Positions 39,087 through 48,761 of a DNA stretch of 64,000 nt are shown here, in pieces. A program made the translations under genes and the position numbers. The notes beneath the pieces were generated by a model that saw only the letters and a program-made list of their open reading frames with translations, was not told the DNA's origin and searched no databases. Each line of letters starts with the position of its first letter. The first letter of the stretch is position 1. This DNA comes from Acidobacteriota bacterium (lineage in GTDB: Bacteria > Acidobacteriota > UBA6911 > RPQK01 > JAJDTT01): contig OZ242374.1 in assembly GCA_965209055.1 (NCBI GenBank), positions 3,616,001 through 3,680,000 on the forward strand, written 5' to 3'.

Positions 39087-41864
39087 ATGGTTCGAAATGC
39101 TCTCCTGACTGCAGTGGCCATCGGTATTCTCCCTGGTCTCCAACTGGTGCCGGGCGTTGCCTCGGCCGCTCCCGGGAGTGACTTGACTCGAACCGGAGAG
39201 GCCTATGAACTCCGGCTGGCCCGGGCGCACCAACGTATGGAGAACACCATGTACGCATCCACCCCGGATCGTGCGGGTGCGCCCTCCATGTGTCCTGTCC
39301 TGAGCGACGGCCGGACCGGGCCACCGATTTCGCTGGACTTTCGCGGAGCGTTGCTGACGTCCGACCCCAGGAGGTATGCCGCAGCGGCAGATGAAACGGA
39401 GTCGGAGGCGGAGGCGGAATCGGCACTGGACTTTTTTCAGAACTACATTTCCGAATCCATCGTGCAGGCGAAGTGCGTCAACTGCCATGTCGAAGGGGGC
39501 GTGTCGGGCCACACCCGGCTGATTCTCCATCCGTCTTCGAACGCCGACCATGCGACCCTCAACCTAGGTGTTTTCGAGAATTTCCTGGCTGACGTCGAGG
39601 ACGGCGGCAGTCTGATCCTGAACAAGATCCAAGGCGTCGGCCACGGCGGAGGGATTCAGGTGGCGGCCGGATCGGACGACTTCGCCAACATGGAAACCTT
39701 CCTCAGCCTGCTGGGCTACGGTGACGATTCCGGTTCTGGCCTGTCTCCGGACACATTGTTCGACACGGTCACGATGGCGTCGCCGGGGAAGACGTTGTGG
39801 CGGGCCGCATTGATCTTCGGCGGAACGATCCCGACCCGGGAGGAACGCGAGGCCGTTGAGAACGGCACCGAGGAGGACCTGCGGGCGGCGATCCGGAATC
39901 TGATGACGGGACCTGGATTTCACGAGTTCCTGATTCGGACGAGCAACGACCGGTTGCTCACGGATTATTACCTTGGCAGGACCGTGATTTTTCCCTCCCA
40001 GAGGCAATTCGTCGATTTGACCAATCTGAATTGGGCGAAGCTCAAGGCGTTACGCGACAGAGGCGTCACCCACGAGCGGCGCGATCCGGAATATGCGCGA
40101 TGGCGGGGTTCAATCCAGTACGGACTCATACGCGCTCCACTCGAATTGGTCGCTCATGTCGTGAAGAACGATCTCCCATATACGGAGATTCTGACCGCCG
40201 ACTACATCATGGCGAACCCGATGACATCGGAAGCGTACGGCGCATCGACACAATTCGACGATACCGAAGATCGACACGAATTCCGGCCTTCGGAGATCGT
40301 CAGCTATTACCGGAACGACGATTCGAAAGTTGTTGAATCCGATGACGATCTCGGGGTCCGTGTTCTCGATCCCGGGAATCTGAGCACGGACTACCCGCAC
40401 GCCGGAATTCTCAATACGACCGTGTTCTTGGGGCGTTACCCCACGACTCCGACCAATCGCAACCGCGCCCGATCGCGTTGGACCTACTACCACTTCCTGG
40501 GCCTCGATATCGAAAAATCGGCGTCTCGGACAACCGACCCCGTCGCGCTGGCCGATACCAACAACCCCACCATGAACAACTCCGCGTGTACGGTCTGCCA
40601 TCGCGTCATGGATCCCGTTGCTGGTGCTTTTCAGAACTACGGGGAAAATGGGTTCTACCGGGATGAATGGGGAGGACAGGACTCATTGGACGGTTTCTAC
40701 AAGGACCCACCGGGTGGCGCGTACACGCCCTATCGATCCGGCGATACTTGGTATCGCGACATGCGCGAACCCGGTTTCGACGGATCAATCGCACCGGACG
40801 CGGAAAACAGTGTGCAGTGGTTGGCCGAGCAGATCGTGGCCGACGATCGGTTTGCCGAGGCTACAGTGAAGTTCTGGTGGCCGGCGATGATGGGTGTTGA
40901 GGTTACGGCGCCGCCGGAGGACGAAAACGACACCGGGTTTGAAGGGATGCTGCTGGCCTCCAATGCCCAAACCGCCGAGGTGGAGCGACTCGCCGAAGCG
41001 TTCCGGACGGGTATCGAGGGTGGGGACCCCTACAATCTGAAAGATCTTCTTGTGGAGCTCGTGCTTTCGCCTTGGTTTCGAGCGGAATCGGTCTCCGGCG
41101 ACGATCCGGTGCGGTCGGTGGCGTTGCGGACCGCCGGAGCCGAGCGGTTGCTCACGCCGGAAGAGTTGGCTTGGAAGACTCAAGCCATCACCGGATACCG
41201 TTGGGGCCGGAAGGCCACAAGACACGGGGACATCGATGATGGCTACTATGACGACTATATGGACTTGTTGACCCATCCTGAAGGCTACCGTTTGGTTTAC
41301 GGCGGAATCGACTCGGAAGCGGTCACGGAACGGACGTACGACGTGACGGCGACGATGGCGGCGGTCGCCCAGAGCCATGCGCTCGCATCCAGTTGTGCCA
41401 TCGTTCAACGCGAGTTCCTGCTTTGGCCGGATGAGGACCGACGTCTATTTGGTGGGATCGACCAGTATGTGTCGCCGAATTCGGGGCGCGGCGCCAAAAG
41501 AATTCGTGAAAAGCTGGTCGAACTGCACGAGAAGCTCCTCGGAGTGATCGTATCGGCCGATTCCCCCGATGTCGAGGCTGCGTTCCGCCTGTTCGTGGAG
41601 ACTTGGAGACACAAACGCAACACAAGGGAGTGGCGGAACGAATGGATTGACTGTGAAATTAATGACCATTGGTATTTCGAAGGAATCGCTGACGATGTTC
41701 TGCAAACGAACGAGGACGGAAACCTGGAATACGATCGGGGACGCGCGGGCGAAATATTGGACGATGCTGACTGGAGTGACCGAGGCGAGCGAGATCCTAT
41801 TGTCCAGACGTGGGTCGTCGTGCTTGCGTATTTGTTGACGGATTACCGGTACCTCTTTTTCTAG
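39087..41864 (+). CDS. Exported protein with two CxxCH haem motifs (DUF1588/DUF1592-like)
   Basis: Signal-like N-terminus, CVNCH, HAGILNT, TNRNRARSRW, CTVCH.VMDP; start uncertain. Confidence 0.7.
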   Translation: MVRNALLTAVAIGILPGLQLVPGVASAAPGSDLTRTGEAYELRLARAHQRMENTMYASTPDRAGAPSMCPVLSDGRTGPPISLDFRGALLTSDPRRYAAAADETESEAEAESALDFFQNYISESIVQAKCVNCHVEGGVSGHTRLILHPSSNADHATLNLGVFENFLADVEDGGSLILNKIQGVGHGGGIQVAAGSDDFANMETFLSLLGYGDDSGSGLSPDTLFDTVTMASPGKTLWRAALIFGGTIPTREEREAVENGTEEDLRAAIRNLMTGPGFHEFLIRTSNDRLLTDYYLGRTVIFPSQRQFVDLTNLNWAKLKALRDRGVTHERRDPEYARWRGSIQYGLIRAPLELVAHVVKNDLPYTEILTADYIMANPMTSEAYGASTQFDDTEDRHEFRPSEIVSYYRNDDSKVVESDDDLGVRVLDPGNLSTDYPHAGILNTTVFLGRYPTTPTNRNRARSRWTYYHFLGLDIEKSASRTTDPVALADTNNPTMNNSACTVCHRVMDPVAGAFQNYGENGFYRDEWGGQDSLDGFYKDPPGGAYTPYRSGDTWYRDMREPGFDGSIAPDAENSVQWLAEQIVADDRFAEATVKFWWPAMMGVEVTAPPEDENDTGFEGMLLASNAQTAEVERLAEAFRTGIEGGDPYNLKDLLVELVLSPWFRAESVSGDDPVRSVALRTAGAERLLTPEELAWKTQAITGYRWGRKATRHGDIDDGYYDDYMDLLTHPEGYRLVYGGIDSEAVTERTYDVTATMAAVAQSHALASSCAIVQREFLLWPDEDRRLFGGIDQYVSPNSGRGAKRIREKLVELHEKLLGVIVSADSPDVEAAFRLFVETWRHKRNTREWRNEWIDCEINDHWYFEGIADDVLQTNEDGNLEYDRGRAGEILDDADWSDRGERDPIVQTWVVVLAYLLTDYRYLFF

Positions 41865-41873
41865 GAGGGTGAA

Positions 41874-43172
41874 GTGAAACGGCGGACCTTTGTCAGAAGT
41901 CTGTTGGCCCCGGCGGTCGGTGCAGTGTCGGGATTCCATCTGCCGCTGGCGAACGCTGCCAACTACGACGGCAAGCTGTTCATCTTCGTTCAGGCGGAAG
42001 GAGGTTGGGACCCGACAAGTTTCTGCGATCCGAAGATGAATACGCCCGGCGAGAAGGTCATCAACCACTGGGCCGAGAACGGAGAGACTCGGCAGGCGGG
42101 CAATCTCTTCTACGCGGATTTTGCGAACAACGCGCCATTCTTCGAGAAATACTACGACCGGATGCTGGTCATCAACGGGGTTGACGCGCAGACGAATTCA
42201 CACACGGTGGGGGTCGCCCATAACTGGAGTGGCCGGGTCGCGGAAGGCTACCCCAGTATGACTGCATTGCTGGCGGCCCATCACGGACCGGAGTTGCCGC
42301 TTGCCTATCTCAGATTCGGGGGTTTCTCGTACACGGCCGGTCTGACCACCTTCACACTCATGAAAGAACCGGAACTGATTCGAAATATCGCGACCCCGAA
42401 TCTCAATCGGTGGGGTTCGACCCCGTATCTCCGCATGGCAGACTGGGAAAGGTTCCAGAGATTTCGGGCAGAGAATATCGCTCGGCTGAACGAGCCGTCC
42501 CAGCTTTTGCCCAGAGCAGCCCGCAACCGCGAGCTTTATGCAAAGGCGCTGTCGTCGGACTCGACCGATGGACTGAAACATTTTGCTTCCCTCATTCCAC
42601 CGGAGGATGAATTGGATCAACTGGAAGGGTTTCAAGGCCCGTTCAACAGCATCCCCAACCAGTTGCGGCGTCAAGCGCTGTTTACGATCCTTGCGTTCAA
42701 GGCGAAGGTTGCCGTGAGTGCCGATCTGCTCCTGCAAGGTTTCGACACGCACTTCGATCACGACGTGGAGCACACCGAGCGGTTGGGAATGTTGACGGAT
42801 TCCGTGGATTTTCTGTGGGATTTCGCCGAGAAGCATGAAGTCGCCGACCGGCTGGTCGTGGTGATGGGATCGGATTTCGGCCGCACCAACCACTACAACG
42901 TGGATGACGGGAAGGATCACTGGCCCATCGGCAGCTTCATCGTGATGGAAAAGAATCAGACCTGGACCAACCAGGTGATCGGCGAAACCGACGCCCTGCA
43001 CTTCGCGCACAAGATCCACCCGGCCACACTGCAGCGCGACGACGCCAACGGGACCATCATCCACCCGAAGCATATTCACAAGGCGTTGCGCCGGTACTTT
43101 GGAATCGAAGACTCACTGGGAGCCCAGGCATACCCCTTCCGCAACACCGAGGATTTCGCGTTCTTCGAATAG
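41874..43172 (+). CDS. DUF1501 family protein with Tat signal
   Basis: KRRTFV, GGWDPT..CDP, GFDTH, SDFGRT, GKDHW; AGGAGG RBS. Confidence 0.85.
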   Translation: MKRRTFVRSLLAPAVGAVSGFHLPLANAANYDGKLFIFVQAEGGWDPTSFCDPKMNTPGEKVINHWAENGETRQAGNLFYADFANNAPFFEKYYDRMLVINGVDAQTNSHTVGVAHNWSGRVAEGYPSMTALLAAHHGPELPLAYLRFGGFSYTAGLTTFTLMKEPELIRNIATPNLNRWGSTPYLRMADWERFQRFRAENIARLNEPSQLLPRAARNRELYAKALSSDSTDGLKHFASLIPPEDELDQLEGFQGPFNSIPNQLRRQALFTILAFKAKVAVSADLLLQGFDTHFDHDVEHTERLGMLTDSVDFLWDFAEKHEVADRLVVVMGSDFGRTNHYNVDDGKDHWPIGSFIVMEKNQTWTNQVIGETDALHFAHKIHPATLQRDDANGTIIHPKHIHKALRRYFGIEDSLGAQAYPFRNTEDFAFFE

Positions 43173-43299
43173 GTCACTCACCCGCATTTCCCGCCAAGGG
43201 GCGTGACGAGCGCGCGTCCGGCGCAGTCGGTTCTGGAGAAACCTCGGACAACAAGAACCAGACCTAGCGCGACGTGACCCGGACCTGAGCCCCGATCTT

Positions 43300-43392
43300 C
43301 AGCGCCAATCCCAGGAGGGAATCGGTCCCTTCCTCTTCGCACCATGCCGTCAGCTCATCGTTGCAGAATCCACTGTCCTCCCGAACCGTGAC
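43300..43392 (-). pseudogene. IS1380-like transposase fragment
   Basis: VREDSGFCNDELTAWCEEEGTDSLLGLA resembles the R.DSGF...WCE..G.D...GLA segment of IS1380 transposases. Confidence 0.55.
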
Positions 43393-43432
43393 GGTAGCGG
43401 TCACGAGGCCTGCCCGGAGCGGGCCCCGTTCC

Positions 43433-43462
43433 TTGACTTGGAACCGGCGGATTGGCTCTAAT
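43433..43462 (+). promoter_or_regulatory. Promoter of tRNA-Ser(CGA)
   Basis: TTGACT-N18-TCTAAT, 7 nt before the tRNA. Confidence 0.55.
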
Positions 43463-43469
43463 GAGCGGT

Positions 43470-43565
43470 GGAGGAGTACCGAAGTGGACGTACCGGGCCC
43501 GACTCGAAATCGGGTTGTCCGGTGATGAGCCGGGCACGTGGGTTCGAATCCCACCTCCTCCGCCA
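43470..43565 (+). tRNA. tRNA-Ser(CGA)
   Basis: GGAGGAG/CTCCTCC acceptor stem, CCCGA-CTCGAAA-TCGGG anticodon arm, long variable arm, GTTCGAATC, G73-CCA. Confidence 0.96.
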
Positions 43566-43693
43566 AGCTCTTTTCGTCCTTGCTTTCGCGAACGCACATC
43601 GAAGACACTTCCGGCGTAACCATCGCATTTCCCGCTGAGAAATAAGGGCCGGGGGCGTTTCCGGTTCTACGGAAGGCCGGACCCGTAGAGGCC

Positions 43694-44410
43694 ATGCTTT
43701 CCAGGTACGACAAATTCGCCGCCGTCTACAACGGGCACTGGGGCGAGGACTCCCTTGGCTGGTTCCCGCAACTGGAACGTCTTGTGTTGAGAAAGCTCGA
43801 TCCCGGCAGCTTCATCCTCGATGCCTGCTGCGGCACCGGCCAGTTCGCCCGGAAGCTGAGCGCAAGGGGCTTTCGGGTGGTTGGCGTCGACGCCTCTTTC
43901 GAAATGCTCCGCCATGCGGCCGTGAATGCTCCCGGTTGTGGGTTCTTCTGCGCGGATGTCCGATCATTTTGTCTGAGTCGCAAGTTTGCTGCCGCCTTCT
44001 CGCTCTACGATAGCCTCAATCATCTGCTGACGTTGGACGACCTGGAGTCGGCGCTCGCCGGCGTCTCAAGTTGCCTCGCTCCAAGAGGCGTATTTGCCTT
44101 CGATCTCAATACGGAAGTTCAATACCGGTCCACTTGGTCGGGCACTTGGACCATCTCCGATCCGAGTTCGACCACGGTGGCATCGACTTCCTATTGCGAG
44201 GACACTCGGCTAGCGGAATTCCGGGCGACGATATCGTCTCCGAATCGGATCCACGCCGAAGTTGTTCATCTGGTACAGACCTGGTATCCCGTTTCCACGG
44301 TTGTCCAGGCGCTCGAACGAAGCGGCTTCAGGGATGTCTCCTGTAGATCCCTTGACCGTAATCGAGGGATCGCAGAGGCGCGCCGCGTGCTCTTCGTCGC
44401 CGGGAAGTGA
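43694..44410 (+). CDS. Class I SAM-dependent methyltransferase
   Basis: ILDACCGTG, GVDAS.EML, DSLNH, GVFAFD. Confidence 0.88.
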   Translation: MLSRYDKFAAVYNGHWGEDSLGWFPQLERLVLRKLDPGSFILDACCGTGQFARKLSARGFRVVGVDASFEMLRHAAVNAPGCGFFCADVRSFCLSRKFAAAFSLYDSLNHLLTLDDLESALAGVSSCLAPRGVFAFDLNTEVQYRSTWSGTWTISDPSSTTVASTSYCEDTRLAEFRATISSPNRIHAEVVHLVQTWYPVSTVVQALERSGFRDVSCRSLDRNRGIAEARRVLFVAGK

Positions 44411-44597
44411 TTTATCGGCGGGACGGTGTCTGTTCGGTAGATACAGTGAGGCGCGCACCTTGACGGCAGCCTTCGGCCGCGTTGACAATGGACAAAGATT
44501 CTACGCGACTGATTCCATTCGGCGGTGTGGAAGCCATTCAGTTCGGGTATCTTCCGACGCCGCCGTCACCATGTTCGCTCCGGGAGGACGAGAACTC

Positions 44598-45887
44598 ATG
44601 AATCGAATCCGAATCTGGCCGACGTTGTTTTTGCTGATCTCTCCTGCCTGCCAGGAAGCACCCCAGGAAGCCATGAACGAAGCGATGGATCACCGGGTGA
44701 CGGTGAAGATCGACCGGCTGGTGAACATCGTCCCCGCGGGCGCGTCCAAGCGGGCCATGATGGCCATGTCGCGGCATCCCGACGGGACCATCTACCTGGC
44801 GCTTCAGACCGATCCGCCCGCCCTTTACTCGAGTGCGGACAATGGCGAGACCTGGACTTCCTCGCCGGTGGATCTCGGCCGGCCCCACCAGGTGGTCCAG
44901 GGGATGGGTGTTAACCGGAAGGGGAGGATCCTTCTGGTCCACCAGACCAGCGGGGAGCACCCGCCGAACCATAAGGAGTCGCGTCTCTACGGCCAGGACC
45001 TGTTCGTTTCCTACTCGGACGACAGCGGGAAGACCTGGACCACGTCGGAGACCGACTTCACCAAGTTCGGGCCAGGGACGCCAAACATCAAATTCCATGA
45101 GGACGGCAACCGGGCCGTCATCGAGCAGCCGGACGGGACCCTGCTCTTCAACACCACCGTTGTTTCCAGTGAAGAGTACAAGAAGAAACATCCACCCACC
45201 GATCCGGTGAGCCCCCCCAACTACATGTACGGCGGGACACCGGATGATTTTTTTGGGGATGTGGTCTTGCGTTCCACCGATGGCGGAGTCACGTGGGGGG
45301 AACCGGCCCGGGTCTACACCGATCTGAACGCCCACGAGTCGACACTGGCCATCGGTCCCGCCGATCCCGATCACATCCTGGTCATGACCCGGATCCAGCG
45401 CCTGGGCCGGCCCGAGGAGGACGGCGCCAAGATGATGATGGAGACGGGGAACCCCATGCACTACTACAAGCAGGGGGCGCTCTTCGAATCGAAGGACGCC
45501 GGCCAGACCTTCCGGTTGGCGCCCGGCGGAATGACCGAATGGTACGGTCACCGGGGGACGGTCGATTGGACACCCAGCAACGTCGTCGTGGTGACCCATG
45601 CCTGGGGGCACGCCGGAAATACGCGCAGAGCGGCGCGAATCAGCCTGGACGGCGGACAGACCTGGGTCGACGGCACCCGCTCCGGGACACCCCTCATGAA
45701 CCGGTCCAAGAAGTTCCTGCTGGCTCCCGTGGCCGGCTTCACGACCCCGACTGTCGAAATTTCCCCGGGACGCTTCATGACGGCCGTTTACCACTACTCG
45801 CACATCGATTCGGTCCCGGACCACCTCAAGGGGGTCGTCGCGGGAGTCTTCTGGACCCTCGAAAAGGCAGCCGGTGCCGAAGAATGA
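44598..45887 (+). CDS. Sialidase-like BNR-repeat protein, probable lipoprotein
   Basis: Asp-boxes SADNGETW, SDDSGKTW, STDGGVTW, SKDAGQTF, SLDGGQTW; signal ending PAC. Confidence 0.75.
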   Translation: MNRIRIWPTLFLLISPACQEAPQEAMNEAMDHRVTVKIDRLVNIVPAGASKRAMMAMSRHPDGTIYLALQTDPPALYSSADNGETWTSSPVDLGRPHQVVQGMGVNRKGRILLVHQTSGEHPPNHKESRLYGQDLFVSYSDDSGKTWTTSETDFTKFGPGTPNIKFHEDGNRAVIEQPDGTLLFNTTVVSSEEYKKKHPPTDPVSPPNYMYGGTPDDFFGDVVLRSTDGGVTWGEPARVYTDLNAHESTLAIGPADPDHILVMTRIQRLGRPEEDGAKMMMETGNPMHYYKQGALFESKDAGQTFRLAPGGMTEWYGHRGTVDWTPSNVVVVTHAWGHAGNTRRAARISLDGGQTWVDGTRSGTPLMNRSKKFLLAPVAGFTTPTVEISPGRFMTAVYHYSHIDSVPDHLKGVVAGVFWTLEKAAGAEE

Positions 45888-46720
45888 TCGTTGACGCCCA
45901 TCTTCACGTCTGGCGTGCGGCGCCCGATTACCCCAATCCCGGCGCCACCATCGTCAGTCCGACGTCGGACGTCCCCGTGGAACTGCTCCGGCAGTACATG
46001 GACGAGCACGGGGTGGACCGGGCCGTGTTGGTCCAACCTCTCTACCCCGGTGAGGACAACTCCTACGTGGCCGACTGCGCCGCCGCGGAACCGGACCGCC
46101 TGGCGGCCGTGTGCTACGTGGACCCGCGGCGGGAGGGGGCAGACCGGCGCCTCCGCTACTGGGTCGAGGAACGGGGTTGCCGGGGTCTGAGGATTCGTCC
46201 GAACGTTCCCGGCGAGGAAGTGACCTTTGGCCGGCCCGCTTCGTATCCGGTCTGGGCAGCCGCCCAGGACCTGGGAATCGCGGTCAACCTGCTCATGAGG
46301 ATGGACCATGTCCCGTCCCTGGCCGGACTGGCGGAGCGGTTTCCCCAGGTTCCCCTCCTCATCGATCATATGGCCTATCCCGACGTGACGGCCGGAACGG
46401 GCGATCCGGCATTCCAGGCGCTGCTGGCGCTCAGCCGGTATCCCCAGGTGTCGGTGAAGGTCAGTGGCTACTACTACCACTCGCGGCAGGCGTGGCCGAA
46501 CCTGGACTGCCATCCGTTCTTCCGGGCCTTCCACGATGCGTTCGGCGCGGATCGGCTGATCTGGGGAAGCGACTTCCCCCACGTTCTGCTCAAGTGCAGC
46601 TACGCCAGTGCTTTGGGGCTCCAGGAGCGCTTCTACACGGAACTGGAACCTGCAGAAATGGCCGCCGTCATGGGAGGGAACGCCGCCTCCGCCTACTGGC
46701 CGGATTCCGGTTCGGGGTAA
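45884..46720 (+). CDS. Amidohydrolase_2 family protein
   Basis: IVDAHLHVW, AVLVQP, IDHM, WGSDFP; ATGA overlap. Confidence 0.88.
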   Translation: MIVDAHLHVWRAAPDYPNPGATIVSPTSDVPVELLRQYMDEHGVDRAVLVQPLYPGEDNSYVADCAAAEPDRLAAVCYVDPRREGADRRLRYWVEERGCRGLRIRPNVPGEEVTFGRPASYPVWAAAQDLGIAVNLLMRMDHVPSLAGLAERFPQVPLLIDHMAYPDVTAGTGDPAFQALLALSRYPQVSVKVSGYYYHSRQAWPNLDCHPFFRAFHDAFGADRLIWGSDFPHVLLKCSYASALGLQERFYTELEPAEMAAVMGGNAASAYWPDSGSG

Positions 46721-46804
46721 GGTCCAGCCTGGGTTCCGACCGGGTCGCGGGCTTGTTCCGGAACCACCCAGGAAGTAAAATTCACGGCTTGTATTTTCCG
46801 GCCA

Positions 46805-46895
<91 letters not shown>

Positions 46896-47025
46896 TCTAT
46901 TCATGTAACTCTTTTTTTTAGAACGCTTTATCTGATAATTTGCAAAGGGATATCACGAATCATGCTGTATTTCGAACGGCATTAGTCTTTGCCGATCACA
47001 GTCGCGCATGCCTCCCCACGAAGTG

Positions 47026-47952
47026 TCAGCTGCTTTGAGGCCGACTATGGGGTACCACTATGGTGGGTGGGAGAGTGCTCACGGCTTGAATGAGGATGAA
47101 GACCTGATATGTCTGCGTGAATGACTCAGCGATGCACTCATGGCGCAGACCGTTGATGTCATTGAGAACAAGCGGTCGTTTCCCAGAAGACTTGCGGGTT
47201 CCGAGTGGAATTAGTGCTCCGAGCGGATCCGCTGGAGTAAAGACGGTACACCACGAGTACCCGCCGAAGGTCTTGAGGAACGAGTCAGACGAGATGACCC
47301 GACGAAGTGTGGCTCTGAATCCACCATTTGATAGTGTCGGAGGATTTAGGACCAGAACTACACAGCAGCGGTCGTTCTTTGAGACATACTGGCGTATCGA
47401 CGCGTACAGCGATGCGTCGAACTTCTTGGCCAGTCTTATCGGAGTCCAGATTTCGAACTTTTCGTCTGCCGCCATGCAGGCGAACGTATCGTTCTGGAAC
47501 AGCACCTCGGAAGCGAATACATTTGCTTCCCGGTCAAAGAGATCTGCGGCTGCGGGATCGAGTGCCTGATCGCAGTCCTCGACAAGATCGTACATGGCCC
47601 GCTGCCAAGGCATAAACCCATGCCCGGCTTCGTGAAGCATGACAAACCGTTTCCTGACGGGCTTTAGAAGATGGTCGACGAAGACTATGTTCGACTTTAC
47701 GTCGAAAACGCCGACCACCTTGGATAGGGCTCGCTTGAGCGCGTCGCCTGCTTTGGAGCGCAACTTCGACAGGAATTTCTCGTTGAGTACCTCGTCTTCG
47801 ACCTGCTCGACATTCGCCACGGCGAGGATGTGGTCAACGGGTGTGGGAAGATTGCCGAGAGCGCCGGCCTCAAGCAATGCTCTGCGGGCGTGGCGGCGTA
47901 CGTTGAGCAGCTGAGCGGGCGTTAGCGAGCTGTCGTCGGGTTTGTGCGTCAT
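47026..47952 (-). CDS. ImmA/IrrE family Zn metallopeptidase (CapP-like)
   Basis: RKRFVMLHEAGH (HExxH), DREANVFASEVLF, C-terminal GAF-like region; ATGA-coupled to the HTH gene. Confidence 0.85.
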   Translation of the reverse strand: MTHKPDDSSLTPAQLLNVRRHARRALLEAGALGNLPTPVDHILAVANVEQVEDEVLNEKFLSKLRSKAGDALKRALSKVVGVFDVKSNIVFVDHLLKPVRKRFVMLHEAGHGFMPWQRAMYDLVEDCDQALDPAAADLFDREANVFASEVLFQNDTFACMAADEKFEIWTPIRLAKKFDASLYASIRQYVSKNDRCCVVLVLNPPTLSNGGFRATLRRVISSDSFLKTFGGYSWCTVFTPADPLGALIPLGTRKSSGKRPLVLNDINGLRHECIAESFTQTYQVFILIQAVSTLPPTIVVPHSRPQSS

Positions 47953-48323
47953 CGTTTTCTACGCCATCGAATAAAGGCAAGGTGTTCTCGGAGAGCCTCC
48001 TCCTCTTCAGCCGTGAGGTCTTCGATGGAGTAGGTGGCGGCCTTTCCGTGTTTCGCGGCGTCTCCCCGTTGTGTCTGGGACACGATATAACCGGTCCGTT
48101 CCATCAATAGCTCATAGGGAATGGCAAGTGCTTGCGATAGAGCGTACAGAACATGCGGGGACGGTTTTCTGACCTTGCCGGTTTCAAGTTGGCTCAGGTA
48201 CGCATTACTGACCTCCTTTCCAGTCGCTTCCTCGACGTCCCGGAGAGAAAGGCCTTGAGCGGTTCGGGCGGCTCTTAGGTACTGCCCCAGTTTGTTGGGC
48301 TGATCTGGAGTTCCGTTGGCCAT
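47949..48323 (-). CDS. XRE family HTH repressor (CapH-like)
   Basis: GLSLRDVE, SNAYLSQLETG..KPS, C-terminal LTAEEEEALREHLAFIR; AGGAGAGG RBS. Confidence 0.88.
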   Translation of the reverse strand: MANGTPDQPNKLGQYLRAARTAQGLSLRDVEEATGKEVSNAYLSQLETGKVRKPSPHVLYALSQALAIPYELLMERTGYIVSQTQRGDAAKHGKAATYSIEDLTAEEEEALREHLAFIRWRRKR

Positions 48324-48379
48324 GGGCACCTCTCCTGTTCAACAAGGACAGCGTGTTGGCCGTAGTCTATTTATTGAAC

Positions 48380-48426
48380 GCTTGAGGTGTCAAGCATCGC
48401 TCGGGATATGCTTGATCTGTCAAGCA
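48380..48426. promoter_or_regulatory. Two palindromic operators GCTTGA-N4-TCAAGC
   Basis: GCTTGAGGTGTCAAGC (48380-48395) and TGCTTGATCTGTCAAGCA (48409-48426), 30 bp apart. Confidence 0.75.
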
Positions 48427-48441
48427 GTTGCATGGTATACT
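48412..48441 (+). promoter_or_regulatory. Promoter of the Ubl operon
   Basis: TTGATC-N18-TATACT with extended TG; the -35 lies inside operator 2. Confidence 0.6.
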
Positions 48442-48761
48442 GTGCAAAATGTTGATGGACGGTCCAAAAAAGGGTGAGGACGGAAGAAAAAAGAGAGGTG
48501 GAGGAAGAGGAGAATGTCCGCTACGACGACATCGGTCGTTTCTGTGGAGGACGGATTGCCGACGTCAACCACGCGGCGAGAGTACCGCCGACCGATCCAC
48601 CCGCAGTAAGCCTGCCGGACCCACCGGGCTCAGGCTGGACTTCGTCGCGGTAGGAAGAACGGAGGACGGGAGTCCGCTGCCTAGGAAAACATCAGTTTGG
48701 CGCACAATCGAGTCGAGTTGTTCGAATTACGCCTTAATTCCAACAATAGGAGAAGCAAACA

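Noticed and set aside
43470-43565. tRNA-Sec or recoding tRNA because of its 96 nt length
   Set aside because: CGA anticodon, 7 bp acceptor stem and G73 fit ordinary tRNA-Ser
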